Virus record (IMG/VR): IMGVR_UViG_3300042898_003434
Coordinates: 1 to 64,000 of that record
Reading direction: 5' to 3' (one strand)
Length of the DNA: 64,000 nucleotides
Source of the DNA: a virus
The position numbers and the translations under genes are program-made. Positions 54,756 to 64,000 of this stretch are shown here, in pieces. Position 1 is the stretch's first letter; each line of letters starts with the position of its first letter. The notes under the pieces were generated by a model. The model was not told the origin of the DNA. It saw only the letters and a program-made list of their open reading frames with translations, and did not search any database.

Positions 54756-56342
54756 ATGGCAAGACTCACAAATCCATCGAGTATTTTAAATAAAATTTGC
54801 CCAACGTGCAAAAAACAATTCATCTGCAAGAGTTGGAAACCAAAAACATATTGCTGTAAACGTTGTGCGGCGTCTTCACAAGAAGTAAAAGAAAAAAATA
54901 GAGCCGGTGTCAAAAATACATTTGATTATAAATACGGTGGTCATCCGATGTCAACAAATGCCGGTACTAAAGAAAAGTTAAAACAAACTTTAACCGATGT
55001 ATATGGAGTAAGCCACTACAGCAAGACCGACAACTTTGTTAATCAAGTACGAGAAACCAAACTTGAGAAATATGGAAATCCAAACTATAATAACGTCGAA
55101 AAAATAAAATCGACTTGTTTGGAAAAATACGGAGTAGACAATTACAGAAAAACTGAAGAATATAAAAAACAATACAGAGAAACGTGTTTGAAGAAGTATG
55201 GCGTGGCACATGCATCACAGTCAAATGATGTTAAATTTGGTGGCAAAAGTTTAACGTTTAAGCATACACACAAACTCTCTATGTTTAAAAAATTCTGTGA
55301 TTCTGACAAATTCAAAAACTTCACGCCTCTTTTTGATTTGACTGAGTATGACGGTGTAACCGTAAAATATAATCGCCCGTATAAATTTAAATGTATAAGA
55401 TGTAGTGGTGAAAATGAATATGATCTCACCAGACAGTATTTAAGATGCCCAGTTTGTGACAAAAGCATGTCCACATTTCAAAGCGAAGTGGAAGATTTTA
55501 TAAAAGAAATACTGCCAAGTGAAGCGATTGTATCAAATAATAGAGCGATCTTGTCTCCGCTTGAGATAGACATATACATACCAAATAAGAATATAGCTAT
55601 AGAAACTAATGGAGTATATTGGCACTCGGAAGTATCAGGATCAAAAAATAAAAACTACCATTTGAATAAAACTAAAATGTGTTTAACAAAAGGAATACGG
55701 TTAATCCACATATTTGAAAGTGAATGGAACCATCAAAAAGAAATAGTAAAATCTATTTTAAAAAAGATTCTGCTAATTAACACTCGACATATAAACGCGG
55801 ATGAATGTGAAATCAAAGAGATATCTCCGGAAATTAAATCGGAGTTCTTAAAAGAGAATCATTTGGATAGTAACGATAACTCGGAAGTTAGACTGGGTCT
55901 TTATTATAAGAAATTATTAATTCAAGTAATGACGTTTTCCAAGTCCAAGTTTAAAAAAGACATTCATTGGGAAATATCAAGAAACTGCACCAAACTTGGG
56001 TATCAAATTGAAGAAGGTATGACTAAGTTATTTCAATGGTTTGTGAATAGTCACAGTCCTATCACGGTATCTGCATACAGCGACCGCCGATACTTCTCGG
56101 GTGAGACTTATATTAAGCTAGGGTTCAATTTTCACTCAAACACCCCACCTAACTATCATTATATCATCGACAGCTACGATACTCTTCAAAGCCGCATAAA
56201 TTGGCAAAAAGGAAAATTAGAAAGAAAGTTATTATCATTTGACAAATCCATTTCTGAGTGGGAGAATATGAAAATGAATAACTTTGACAGAATCTGGGAC
56301 TGTGGACATTCTAAATGGATATACAACAATAAAAAATTATGA
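54756..56342 (+). CDS. putative homing endonuclease (Hef/Vsr-like PD-(D/E)xK) with T.LEKYG repeats
   Basis: Repeated (T)xLxKYGV units; EIDIYIP..NIAIETNGVYWHS, LIHIFESEW; C-terminal YSDRRY...RIWDCG domain. Confidence 0.75.
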   Translation: MARLTNPSSILNKICPTCKKQFICKSWKPKTYCCKRCAASSQEVKEKNRAGVKNTFDYKYGGHPMSTNAGTKEKLKQTLTDVYGVSHYSKTDNFVNQVRETKLEKYGNPNYNNVEKIKSTCLEKYGVDNYRKTEEYKKQYRETCLKKYGVAHASQSNDVKFGGKSLTFKHTHKLSMFKKFCDSDKFKNFTPLFDLTEYDGVTVKYNRPYKFKCIRCSGENEYDLTRQYLRCPVCDKSMSTFQSEVEDFIKEILPSEAIVSNNRAILSPLEIDIYIPNKNIAIETNGVYWHSEVSGSKNKNYHLNKTKMCLTKGIRLIHIFESEWNHQKEIVKSILKKILLINTRHINADECEIKEISPEIKSEFLKENHLDSNDNSEVRLGLYYKKLLIQVMTFSKSKFKKDIHWEISRNCTKLGYQIEEGMTKLFQWFVNSHSPITVSAYSDRRYFSGETYIKLGFNFHSNTPPNYHYIIDSYDTLQSRINWQKGKLERKLLSFDKSISEWENMKMNNFDRIWDCGHSKWIYNNKKL

Positions 56343-56626
56343 AAAAACCGCTTGCAACTTATAATATCGAAATAAACGAAACTGATAGTAGGGGTGATTC
56401 CTCCTTGATTTGGGTGGCAATCCTTGACCGCCGATTTAAGTGTGAAGTTCAACGCACTGGTACTCGCCAAGCAAACCTTTTCATATTTGATTCAAAGAAT
56501 AATGACAATATGATATATGAGTCTAGAGTTCCATTGTCATATGACGCGAAGTTTGGGCCTGATATTAGCGACGTTGCTGAATGGCAAGATATGTGTGCAA
56601 AAGTAGTCGACGGGATAATAAACTGA
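56339..56626 (+). CDS. hypothetical protein
   Basis: 95 aa, ATGA overlap; LSY.A.FGPD..DV..W. Confidence 0.65.
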   Translation: MKKPLATYNIEINETDSRGDSSLIWVAILDRRFKCEVQRTGTRQANLFIFDSKNNDNMIYESRVPLSYDAKFGPDISDVAEWQDMCAKVVDGIIN

Positions 56627-56633
56627 TAGGTTT

Positions 56634-57068
56634 ATGAACATATTCAACATCGAAAGAGCATTTAGTGATAAAACTACTAAAAAGTGGGAGAAGCTTTTTA
56701 TTTGTGTGGATTTACATGATACTATTATTCAGGGAAAATACTCGTCGAAAACCGAAGATGTGAAGTATCTACCGAACGCAATAAATGTTCTACGGAACTT
56801 GAGTAAAAGAAAAGATATTGTACTTATTCTTTGGACTAGTTCACATGTTGCTCATATAAAAGATATACTAGACCAATTGGAAAAACAAAGAGTATATTTC
56901 AAGTATGTAAACTGTAATCCGGAATGTCCTGATGATAAGCTATGTGACTTTGGGCACAAGTTTTATATGAACATAGGACTAGATGATAAATTTGGCTTCG
57001 ACGGTCTCGGTGGCGATTGGTTCCTTGTTGAAAAAGAACTAAAACGAATTGGGGAATGGAAAGAGTAA
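56634..57068 (+). CDS. HAD-superfamily hydrolase-like protein
   Basis: VDLHDTI (variant motif I), LILWTS, K...I.LDDK. Confidence 0.7.
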   Translation: MNIFNIERAFSDKTTKKWEKLFICVDLHDTIIQGKYSSKTEDVKYLPNAINVLRNLSKRKDIVLILWTSSHVAHIKDILDQLEKQRVYFKYVNCNPECPDDKLCDFGHKFYMNIGLDDKFGFDGLGGDWFLVEKELKRIGEWKE

Positions 57069-57069
57069 T

Positions 57070-57759
57070 TTAAAGTTTCTCAATAAAACATTCCAGTTCG
57101 TCTTTTGAACTAAAACGAAACGCTGATTTTTGAGACATAACATTTTTGTTGTTTTTGTCAAACATATGAGACATTGTGAATTTCCTGCTTTCGTGCATTT
57201 CTTTTTCTAAAGCTGTGCGATAATCTTGAACAGTTGATTTGCACCATTCTCCTTTGGTGGCTAGTATTTGATGTTGTTTTAAGTGTTCACCTAAATGATG
57301 CCATAGTTCTCCGTCATATGTAAAAATCCGTGGAGATGGTTTTGTTACCAAAATAAATTTAGGTAGGTTTAACAATTTCCATTTAGCGTCAAACTCGTCA
57401 CAATCAAGATTCTCGTTTTCCTTTAAAAACTCGTTATATTCACTGGATTCTATTGACCAGAATTTATTTCTGTCACAATAAACAGACTCATATTCAGGAT
57501 GTAAGTCGGTAATAATATTATTTTTATTGTCGCGCACATACATAAACTTTGCACCGGTTACTTTTGGATTTTTTGTGCAATCTGCTCCAAGTAAAAACAT
57601 TTCGTAATGTGGCCACACAAAGCAATAAAATCCACGTGTTGATGGTGGAGAATGAAAGGTTTCCGGAATACACTTGTAACCACGTTGGTTAACAGAACTT
57701 AATCCACCAAACCGTGCAAATTTAAGCTTGCTTGTTTTGCTTATGTCGTATTTAGCCAT
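57070..57759 (-). CDS. hypothetical protein
   Basis: 229-aa ORF, TTGACA upstream. Confidence 0.65.
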   Translation of the reverse strand: MAKYDISKTSKLKFARFGGLSSVNQRGYKCIPETFHSPPSTRGFYCFVWPHYEMFLLGADCTKNPKVTGAKFMYVRDNKNNIITDLHPEYESVYCDRNKFWSIESSEYNEFLKENENLDCDEFDAKWKLLNLPKFILVTKPSPRIFTYDGELWHHLGEHLKQHQILATKGEWCKSTVQDYRTALEKEMHESRKFTMSHMFDKNNKNVMSQKSAFRFSSKDELECFIEKL

Positions 57760-57806
57760 ACGATAGCAAGATTGACCAACAATTATAAAATGTCAAGCAA
57801 ATCGTA

Positions 57807-58577
57807 CTAATCTTTTATCTTAACACCAAAGTCTTTTTCAAATTGTTTTGGAGCGGCTTTATAGCTTTCAGCCGTTTCGTCTTTTGGATCTTTTAGATAT
57901 TGCCAGTTTAAACTTAATACGTCGGGTACTTTGAATCCAAAAAATTTCAATACTTGTTTTTGAATGTCAACAACCGAAGACCCGTTCCAATTTTGTCCAA
58001 TTACAACTAATCCTGCTTCTTTATCTGCTATGATGTTGTCTTCTTTAAGAGTGCTATGACGATTTTCCAACCAAGCCAAGCGTTCAATCAATTTTTGATA
58101 AATTCCATTGGTTTGTCCCCAACGAGTACTAACAAAAAATACAATTGCATCTGCTTCAAATAAAGGTTTGGTTATTTCCCACAACTCGTCGTCTTTATTA
58201 TTAAAGCTACACCAACATCTATGATTTCCAGTTGGATTTTTCGCATCGTCTTTTAATTTAGAAGCCTTTACTCCACAGTTATTTCCTTCGTGTTTACTTA
58301 CATTACCTTCACAGTCGTATATTTTTAATTTACTGGCGTCTATTACTGTGGTATTGCCTAATTGTTCTGAGATATATTCAGCTAAAATTGTACTTTTTGC
58401 TTTTTGTTTATCTCCAACCCAACGGTTGCTAGTTGTGACAAATAACACTTTATTTTTATTCTTTAAATGGTTTATTAGTTTATCAACCTCGGAAACCATG
58501 TTCTCTGATTCATTTAAATTAAAATGTTCAAACAATAGTTTTTTGTGTTTTAAAAGTGTATCTTCAAATGTATTCAT
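57807..58577 (-). CDS. flavodoxin-fold NAD(P)H-dependent oxidoreductase / iron-sulfur flavoprotein-like
   Basis: TTSNR...KST, CEG...C...CWC, ADAIVF..STRWG, KLIERL. Confidence 0.75.
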   Translation of the reverse strand: MNTFEDTLLKHKKLLFEHFNLNESENMVSEVDKLINHLKNKNKVLFVTTSNRWVGDKQKAKSTILAEYISEQLGNTTVIDASKLKIYDCEGNVSKHEGNNCGVKASKLKDDAKNPTGNHRCWCSFNNKDDELWEITKPLFEADAIVFFVSTRWGQTNGIYQKLIERLAWLENRHSTLKEDNIIADKEAGLVVIGQNWNGSSVVDIQKQVLKFFGFKVPDVLSLNWQYLKDPKDETAESYKAAPKQFEKDFGVKIKD

Positions 58578-58581
58578 TTTG

Positions 58582-59520
58582 TCAAAAGCCCCAAGTAAAT
58601 TTTATCTTGTTATGTTCGCGTGGATCCTCAATGAAGTAAACTTTAGATCTACCGCTCATGAAACTGCCAGATTGTCCTTTGAGAAATTTCATTTGGGCGG
58701 GTGATGGAGTTACATGCATTGTCATTGTATTTCCATTTCTATCTGGGCGTTGAAATGAGTTTACCGCGTTTATAAAAACAGTATATGCAATATTACCAGC
58801 CCCTTCATCCAATACATTTTCTTTTACACTGACCTTCTTGTCATATATCTTGTCGATATTGTCCTTGAGTTTATCTAAACTACCGGCATATCTTAAAATT
58901 TTAAAAACAATGTTTTCTTCAGACAACTCACCATTTGAATCAAGTCCTGCTTGTCTGTATTTATACAGTTTCTGTAACAATTTCTTTAAACCGACATCGT
59001 CGCTAGAATTTACCAAGGTGTTGATTTTCTTGTGAAACTCTTTATATTTCTTTTTGATAAGCTCTTTGTTTAAATTTAACTTTTGCTTGATCGGTTCTTT
59101 CAACCATTCATTCTTTAACACAGAATATTCAGATGAAGAAACAGCAACATGTTGTATGTCCTGAACATATAGCTCAACGTCATGTCCTTTTACGGTTATA
59201 TCGTGTTTCAAGTTCCACGCTGTCTTTATAGCGTCAAACATTGTTTGTGCATCTTCTTTGGACATATCAAGTTTTGAGTAGTCTGTTTTAATGTGCAAGT
59301 CTATGTCTGAATATATGGTCCAATTATAGTTGGTTATTGATCCAATCATAACAACGTCTTCTGCTTTTATGTTGATCTGCTTCTCTACCTTCAATTCTTT
59401 AACAAAATCTAATGCAACCTTCAATAGACCGGCGCGAACATCTTGTTTGATTCTCGGACCATCTTCATTAATGTCCCATACTTTGGGACAAAGAGTTTCG
59501 TTATATAATGGATAGTTCAT
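58582..59520 (-). CDS. Pol-beta-superfamily nucleotidyltransferase
   Basis: GSITNYNW..YSDIDLH, VELYVQD, R..GL...GE.S.EN.VFK.LR. Confidence 0.8.
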   Translation of the reverse strand: MNYPLYNETLCPKVWDINEDGPRIKQDVRAGLLKVALDFVKELKVEKQINIKAEDVVMIGSITNYNWTIYSDIDLHIKTDYSKLDMSKEDAQTMFDAIKTAWNLKHDITVKGHDVELYVQDIQHVAVSSSEYSVLKNEWLKEPIKQKLNLNKELIKKKYKEFHKKINTLVNSSDDVGLKKLLQKLYKYRQAGLDSNGELSEENIVFKILRYAGSLDKLKDNIDKIYDKKVSVKENVLDEGAGNIAYTVFINAVNSFQRPDRNGNTMTMHVTPSPAQMKFLKGQSGSFMSGRSKVYFIEDPREHNKIKFTWGF

Positions 59521-59528
59521 ATTTAATT

Positions 59529-60128
59529 TTACACGTCTGGTAAAAATGCCTTTAATTGATTAATACTACTTGCCGCGCTCGTGTGCAATATACCAATGCG
59601 ATGCAATGCTTGGTTGTCCCACACCGTTATATTTCTTTCCATGTCGTCAACCAACACATGTGTGACTCTTCCCTTTGATGGAAGAATATATTCTGGTTTC
59701 TTTTCTCCGGCAGATGCAATTATTACTTTAACAGTTGGATCAATATGCTTGCGTATCCAAGCGGTTTTTTGTTGTGCGATGTCTGCACCTTGACCAGCAC
59801 TTAAAATAACTGCCGGTGGAGTTTTGAAATTATCTTTTACAAAATCCCATAAGACTTTTGAGTCTGGCATAGGTTCTAGGTTCAACCAAAAGTTGGGTGT
59901 GTTGTTGATCAATTGCCAAAACTTTTTCTTTGCTGCTTTTTTATCGCCTTTTAGTTCTGGGGATGTATGCAAATCTTCTGGAGTAAAGCCACCGGATATT
60001 TTTTTGAATCCTTTGTTCATGTCGGTTAAAACTCCATCCATGTCCACGTAGCATTGTATTTTTAGCGGCGCACCTTCAACGGAATCCTCAACGGCTTCTC
60101 GTAACAATTCTTTTAATAATATACTCAT
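59529..60128 (-). CDS. HAD-family 5'(3')-deoxyribonucleotidase-like protein with leader motif
   Basis: DMDGVLTD, FW.NL.PMP, ILSA, K..WI, LVDD. Confidence 0.8.
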   Translation of the reverse strand: MSILLKELLREAVEDSVEGAPLKIQCYVDMDGVLTDMNKGFKKISGGFTPEDLHTSPELKGDKKAAKKKFWQLINNTPNFWLNLEPMPDSKVLWDFVKDNFKTPPAVILSAGQGADIAQQKTAWIRKHIDPTVKVIIASAGEKKPEYILPSKGRVTHVLVDDMERNITVWDNQALHRIGILHTSAASSINQLKAFLPDV

Positions 60129-60877
60129 GTTTGTTTTTTTAAAATTAATTTTTTATTTACCATATCCAAGTCGGTGGTCAATCGCCAAAAGAATCCTCCC
60201 GATTTCCATTTTTTATTTATGGTTGCACACCCCGATATATTTCCGTGATTCATATTTAATTTTTTTGCAGCATCTCTTGCCGATTTCCACGTTGCCACGA
60301 TGTTTCCGTCCGTGTCAATTTGATAAATAGACTTTGAAGTTTTCATTCCACCCGAGTTTAAGTTTTTTAATTTTTCTTTATGCTGATCGGTGTGTAAATA
60401 AACAAATTTTTTATCGCGTGCAATTTTCTTTTGTGATATAATTTTTTTAGAATTTTGACTGTGTAATTTCCCAAACATTGGATTTTTATTACCGAGCATA
60501 CGTTGACTCCTAATTTTTTTTGTACTGTCTGTACAGATTAAACCGGATACACCTTCACCACCGTCCGTCAAATTACACAATGGACCCAATCCCAAATCAG
60601 ATCGTCCAATTTTTGATATCCGACTTGCCTCTTCGTTCAATATTAAAAATTCGTCTACACTTTCTAAAATTTTATTATATATAATAAAGTTTCCATCGTC
60701 TAATATTTTTTTTATCTTATAATAAAGGTGTTTATTTCTTAATTTTTTCCCATTTTTTACCAATTTCTCGTGACTGAACATTCTATCTCCATTCCCTTTT
60801 CCAACATAAAAAGGAACATTGTCCGCCGAGTTGACGAGTATATAAACATAGAAAATCTTGTGTCTTTTTTTTCTCAT
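60125..60877 (-). CDS. GIY-YIG homing endonuclease with NUMOD3/NUMOD1
   Basis: FYVY.L...PFYVGKG..R...H, E, LCNLTDGGEG, NPMFGK.HS, C-terminal HTH ending GGFFWR. Confidence 0.85.
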   Translation of the reverse strand: MRKKRHKIFYVYILVNSADNVPFYVGKGNGDRMFSHEKLVKNGKKLRNKHLYYKIKKILDDGNFIIYNKILESVDEFLILNEEASRISKIGRSDLGLGPLCNLTDGGEGVSGLICTDSTKKIRSQRMLGNKNPMFGKLHSQNSKKIISQKKIARDKKFVYLHTDQHKEKLKNLNSGGMKTSKSIYQIDTDGNIVATWKSARDAAKKLNMNHGNISGCATINKKWKSGGFFWRLTTDLDMVNKKLILKKQT

Positions 60878-60952
60878 TTAAATTATTGCAATAAAATTTG
60901 CATATAGTTATAAATATATACCCACTCGAATAAAACTCAAGCTTTTAAGCAA

Positions 60953-60983
60953 TAAAAAAGCCCACCGATTACGGTGGGCTTTG
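60953..60983 (-). terminator. intrinsic terminator after sheath gene
   Basis: AAAGCCCACCG/CGGTGGGCTTT. Confidence 0.8.
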
Positions 60984-61002
60984 TGTTTTAACTTGCTAGT
61001 AA

Positions 61003-63990
61003 TTAGGCTCCTGGGAAGGTAGCGCCTGTTGGAAGAACCGAGAAGTCGAGAACGATGAATTCAGCGGTCTTGCTTGGTTTCAGATAAATTTGTCCGTATA
61101 GAATATTACGGTCAACTAGATCTGGTGTATTGTTACTGTCATCCATTACAACCTTGAAGGCATACAAACCTGAGCGTTGTTGAACACCATCCAAGTATGG
61201 ATTTACAATGTTCAAGAAGCGTTGGCGTGTTGATGCAACGTTTTGTTCGAATACTAGGTATCTCGAAGAAGAAGCGATGAACTTCTTCAACGCGATCAAT
61301 AGACGACGCACGTTGATGCGATCCAATGCGGAAGGTTGACGTTGCAGGGTCTTTTGGCCCCATGCTACGATACCTTGACCTGGGAATGCGGCAATCGGAT
61401 TAACTCTTCCTTCATATAGACTATCACGTTCCGAGTGTGTCAAGCGGTCGACTACTTGAACTGCGGCAGGAATACCACCACGGTTTAGACCGGCAGGAGC
61501 AAACCATTCAGCAGCTACTTGGTCGTTAGCGGCGAATACGCTCATCATAACAACCGAAGGAGGAACTGGAATTACTCTGTTAGAGTTTGTGTCAACAATC
61601 TTGACCCAAGGATAGTATGTGGCACCGTAGTTTGAATCGAACTGCGAAGCCATAGACACTACGTTTTCGATAGCGGCCGCGCCAGCAGTTTGGTTTGGAG
61701 CGATATCGAAGATATAGAATGCGTCGCCACGGTTTTCACAAACTTCTAGTACCAATGATATTAGATATGGATTGTATTGATAGTTTAGACCGGGAGTTGT
61801 GATTAGATTAAAATCAAACTCGTCGGCGTTACTTAATGCAGCCATTGCTTGTCTGTATCCGTAAGAGCCACGTGAAACGTTCGTCGAGCAATTCAAGCCT
61901 TGTTGGTTAGTTGGGATGATATCATTGCCACTTAGTACTGGAACAGATGGGCTTTGACCATCGAATCCACCTTGGAAACCAAGAATGAAGCGGCGTTTCT
62001 TAACGTTTGTATTTTCTTGAGAAGCAACGTAAACTGGACTTAGTCCGCAGTTATCTTCTAGACTGAATTCAACATTGTTGCCAACACTAGAACCGTATGG
62101 AACTGGGGCGAAGTATTGTTTGTTGTCTAGTTCAACACCGGCGGATGAACCGTTTGGATATAGAGCGGCTAGTTCAGCATCAGCTGTCGAAGGAGCCGGT
62201 TGGAACACGACGCCAGAAGCATAACGACCGGGTTGCGCCGAGTAAATCGAAGCACTGGTGTATTGCATTACTGGAACCTTGCCCAAGCGAGCATAATCGC
62301 CACTGATTGGTGCAGCATATGCACCGAAGCCGAATGGAATTGCATCTACTGGCCATGGCGATGTTGCCATTTCAATGCGGATGTATTTACTGATATTGTT
62401 GTAATCACCGAATTGAAGAATCTTACCGTTGCTATCGATATATGTGAATACATCGCCGATACGACGAGCAATATAGTTTGCACTTGTTTCGTCTAGGTTT
62501 AGATTGTCGTAGCGTTCAATGACACTTGGCTTTGCGTCAGCGTCCGTGAATGAGCGTAGAGACAAGGTGAATGTTCCGTGTTTAGAACCTGGGATTGATC
62601 CGGCAGATTTTACGTTCGAGATTTCAACTTTGAATTGAGTGTTTGTGTTTGTACCATCGGACAAGGTATGAACCTTAAACAAATCGTAAGAAGCTGCGGT
62701 TGGAGCACCAACCGATCCACTGAATGGAGCAACTTTTTGAGATTTGATGAATGGTGTTTCAGCTTGACGTAGGTCAAACAATGAATCGCCTTGGTCTGGT
62801 GTTACACCGTCAGCGAATACCATAGCATTACGGCTAGATACTTCAATCTTCCAGCTACCAGAAACAATCATATCAGCAACGATTTCAGCAGCTTTGTTGT
62901 CGAAGTGTTTATAGCTATAAGCAGATTCAATCTTTTGACCGGATGCGACTGGGGTGAAGCCAGCTTCTGCATCAGTACCGAATACCGATGTGATATATGA
63001 TGTACTTGTTGGGTCAATTGAGAATTCGTATGTGCCATATGAAGCGGATGCATAAACGCCCAAATCTAGATCGAAGTGAGTTTCGTTTAGTGCTAGTCTA
63101 AAGTCGGTTCCAACAACAGTTGCATTTTTTGCTGTTAGCACAGATCCACTGAAACCGTATAGGTTTTGACCACGGTCATATGCAGTGTTAGCTAGAACAG
63201 CCAATACAACTTCATCACGACCGGAAACAGCAGAGCCACTTCCACAACCGTCTTCAGAAGAAACACTGTCGGCGGTCCAAGAACTAACATCGAATCTTCC
63301 GTAATCTCCGGTAACTTTTCCGGCGAATGAGTATGTGTATCCACATGAACCAACTGCACCACGTGTGATGGTGGCTTGTAGTGTCAATGTATCAGATGGA
63401 TTGTGTGGCAACAATGAGTTGGATAGAGAAGCAGTAATACTACCTCCCAATAGAGCAGAACCGGTATAAGTAACGTTGTCAACAGATGCACTGATTGCTC
63501 CGATTACTTGCGTAGAACCAACATAGTATCCACTTAAGAAAGTAGCTAGTACAGATCCTTGTACGTTAAAGTTACCAGCAGAAATTTCTGTTACGGTAAA
63601 TCCAACGCTGCTACCAGTAATTGAACCTGATTCTGTGAATCTATCATAAGCGCCCGGTATAGCCGAAACTATGAGAGCTTGGTCTTGTTCATATCCGCCC
63701 AAACCACCGACGCGGCAAACGGTCACTTGACCTTGCTGACGGATATATTGTTGGGCTGTGTATGGTCCATAAAGGACTCCGTCGGGTTCACCGAAGATTG
63801 CGTTAAGATCTGCCTCGCTTGTTACCGTTGTAGGTGCAAATCCCGGTCCTTTTGGGAAGGGAGCTACGACGACGCCGCCGATAGCTGCTACTCCTTGAGC
63901 GAGGAACGATTGATCGATTTCACGAGTGAATACGCCGGGACTGACGATTCTTTCGCTTGGTTGGAATGTGCCATTTTGTTCTAGTGCCAT
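61003..63990 (-). CDS. tail sheath protein (gp18-like)
   Basis: SPGVFTREIDQS, WFAPAGLNRG, VNPI..FPG, WGQKTL, DRINVRRL, FEQN, AEFI.LDF. Confidence 0.97.
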   Translation of the reverse strand: MALEQNGTFQPSERIVSPGVFTREIDQSFLAQGVAAIGGVVVAPFPKGPGFAPTTVTSEADLNAIFGEPDGVLYGPYTAQQYIRQQGQVTVCRVGGLGGYEQDQALIVSAIPGAYDRFTESGSITGSSVGFTVTEISAGNFNVQGSVLATFLSGYYVGSTQVIGAISASVDNVTYTGSALLGGSITASLSNSLLPHNPSDTLTLQATITRGAVGSCGYTYSFAGKVTGDYGRFDVSSWTADSVSSEDGCGSGSAVSGRDEVVLAVLANTAYDRGQNLYGFSGSVLTAKNATVVGTDFRLALNETHFDLDLGVYASASYGTYEFSIDPTSTSYITSVFGTDAEAGFTPVASGQKIESAYSYKHFDNKAAEIVADMIVSGSWKIEVSSRNAMVFADGVTPDQGDSLFDLRQAETPFIKSQKVAPFSGSVGAPTAASYDLFKVHTLSDGTNTNTQFKVEISNVKSAGSIPGSKHGTFTLSLRSFTDADAKPSVIERYDNLNLDETSANYIARRIGDVFTYIDSNGKILQFGDYNNISKYIRIEMATSPWPVDAIPFGFGAYAAPISGDYARLGKVPVMQYTSASIYSAQPGRYASGVVFQPAPSTADAELAALYPNGSSAGVELDNKQYFAPVPYGSSVGNNVEFSLEDNCGLSPVYVASQENTNVKKRRFILGFQGGFDGQSPSVPVLSGNDIIPTNQQGLNCSTNVSRGSYGYRQAMAALSNADEFDFNLITTPGLNYQYNPYLISLVLEVCENRGDAFYIFDIAPNQTAGAAAIENVVSMASQFDSNYGATYYPWVKIVDTNSNRVIPVPPSVVMMSVFAANDQVAAEWFAPAGLNRGGIPAAVQVVDRLTHSERDSLYEGRVNPIAAFPGQGIVAWGQKTLQRQPSALDRINVRRLLIALKKFIASSSRYLVFEQNVASTRQRFLNIVNPYLDGVQQRSGLYAFKVVMDDSNNTPDLVDRNILYGQIYLKPSKTAEFIVLDFSVLPTGATFPGA

Positions 63991-64000
63991 ATGTTATTTT

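Noticed and set aside
1-64000. Stop-codon reassignment
   Set aside because: Core genes are full length in code 11, and TAG, TGA and TAA all terminate genes.
1-64000. CRISPR array or cas genes
   Set aside because: No regularly spaced direct repeats or Cas motifs seen by eye.

Overview
64-kb segment of an AT-rich, T4-like jumbo myovirus genome, almost entirely coded on the minus strand and read in the standard genetic code. In transcription order (right to left) it holds the tail sheath, an accessory block, the tail tube, a cluster of small proteins sharing an N-terminal leader, a possible spanin, baseplate and tape-measure genes, and a divergent PolA-like gene. Next comes the T4-type replication and nucleotide module (gp32 SSB, UvsX, RNase H/flap nuclease, gp41 helicase, RNR, MoxR/vWA, rIIA/rIIB, PolB, clamp, clamp loader). 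Dispersed RNA-repair genes (kinase, 2H phosphodiesterase, Rnl5-type ligase, cyclic-phosphate receiver domain), a csgF-csgG-curlin-FecR-CHASE2 adenylate cyclase operon and a tRNA array running off the left edge complete the window. The most striking unannotated element lies at the head of the tRNA array: a 37-codon leader ORF using all 20 amino acids (30 different codons), whose last codons form an antiterminator against the following intrinsic terminator. It is a candidate ribosome-stalling attenuator that would switch on phage tRNAs when any host tRNA becomes limiting. The array also holds an intron-like 30-nt insertion in tRNA-Ile, a tRNA-Ser(ACT), a non-canonical tRNA-like RNA and other structured RNAs. 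Two promoter classes are visible: TTGACA-16 bp-TAnnnT (often leaderless) and a coding-strand TATTTATA motif. All protein calls come from motif recognition by eye; no database search was run.
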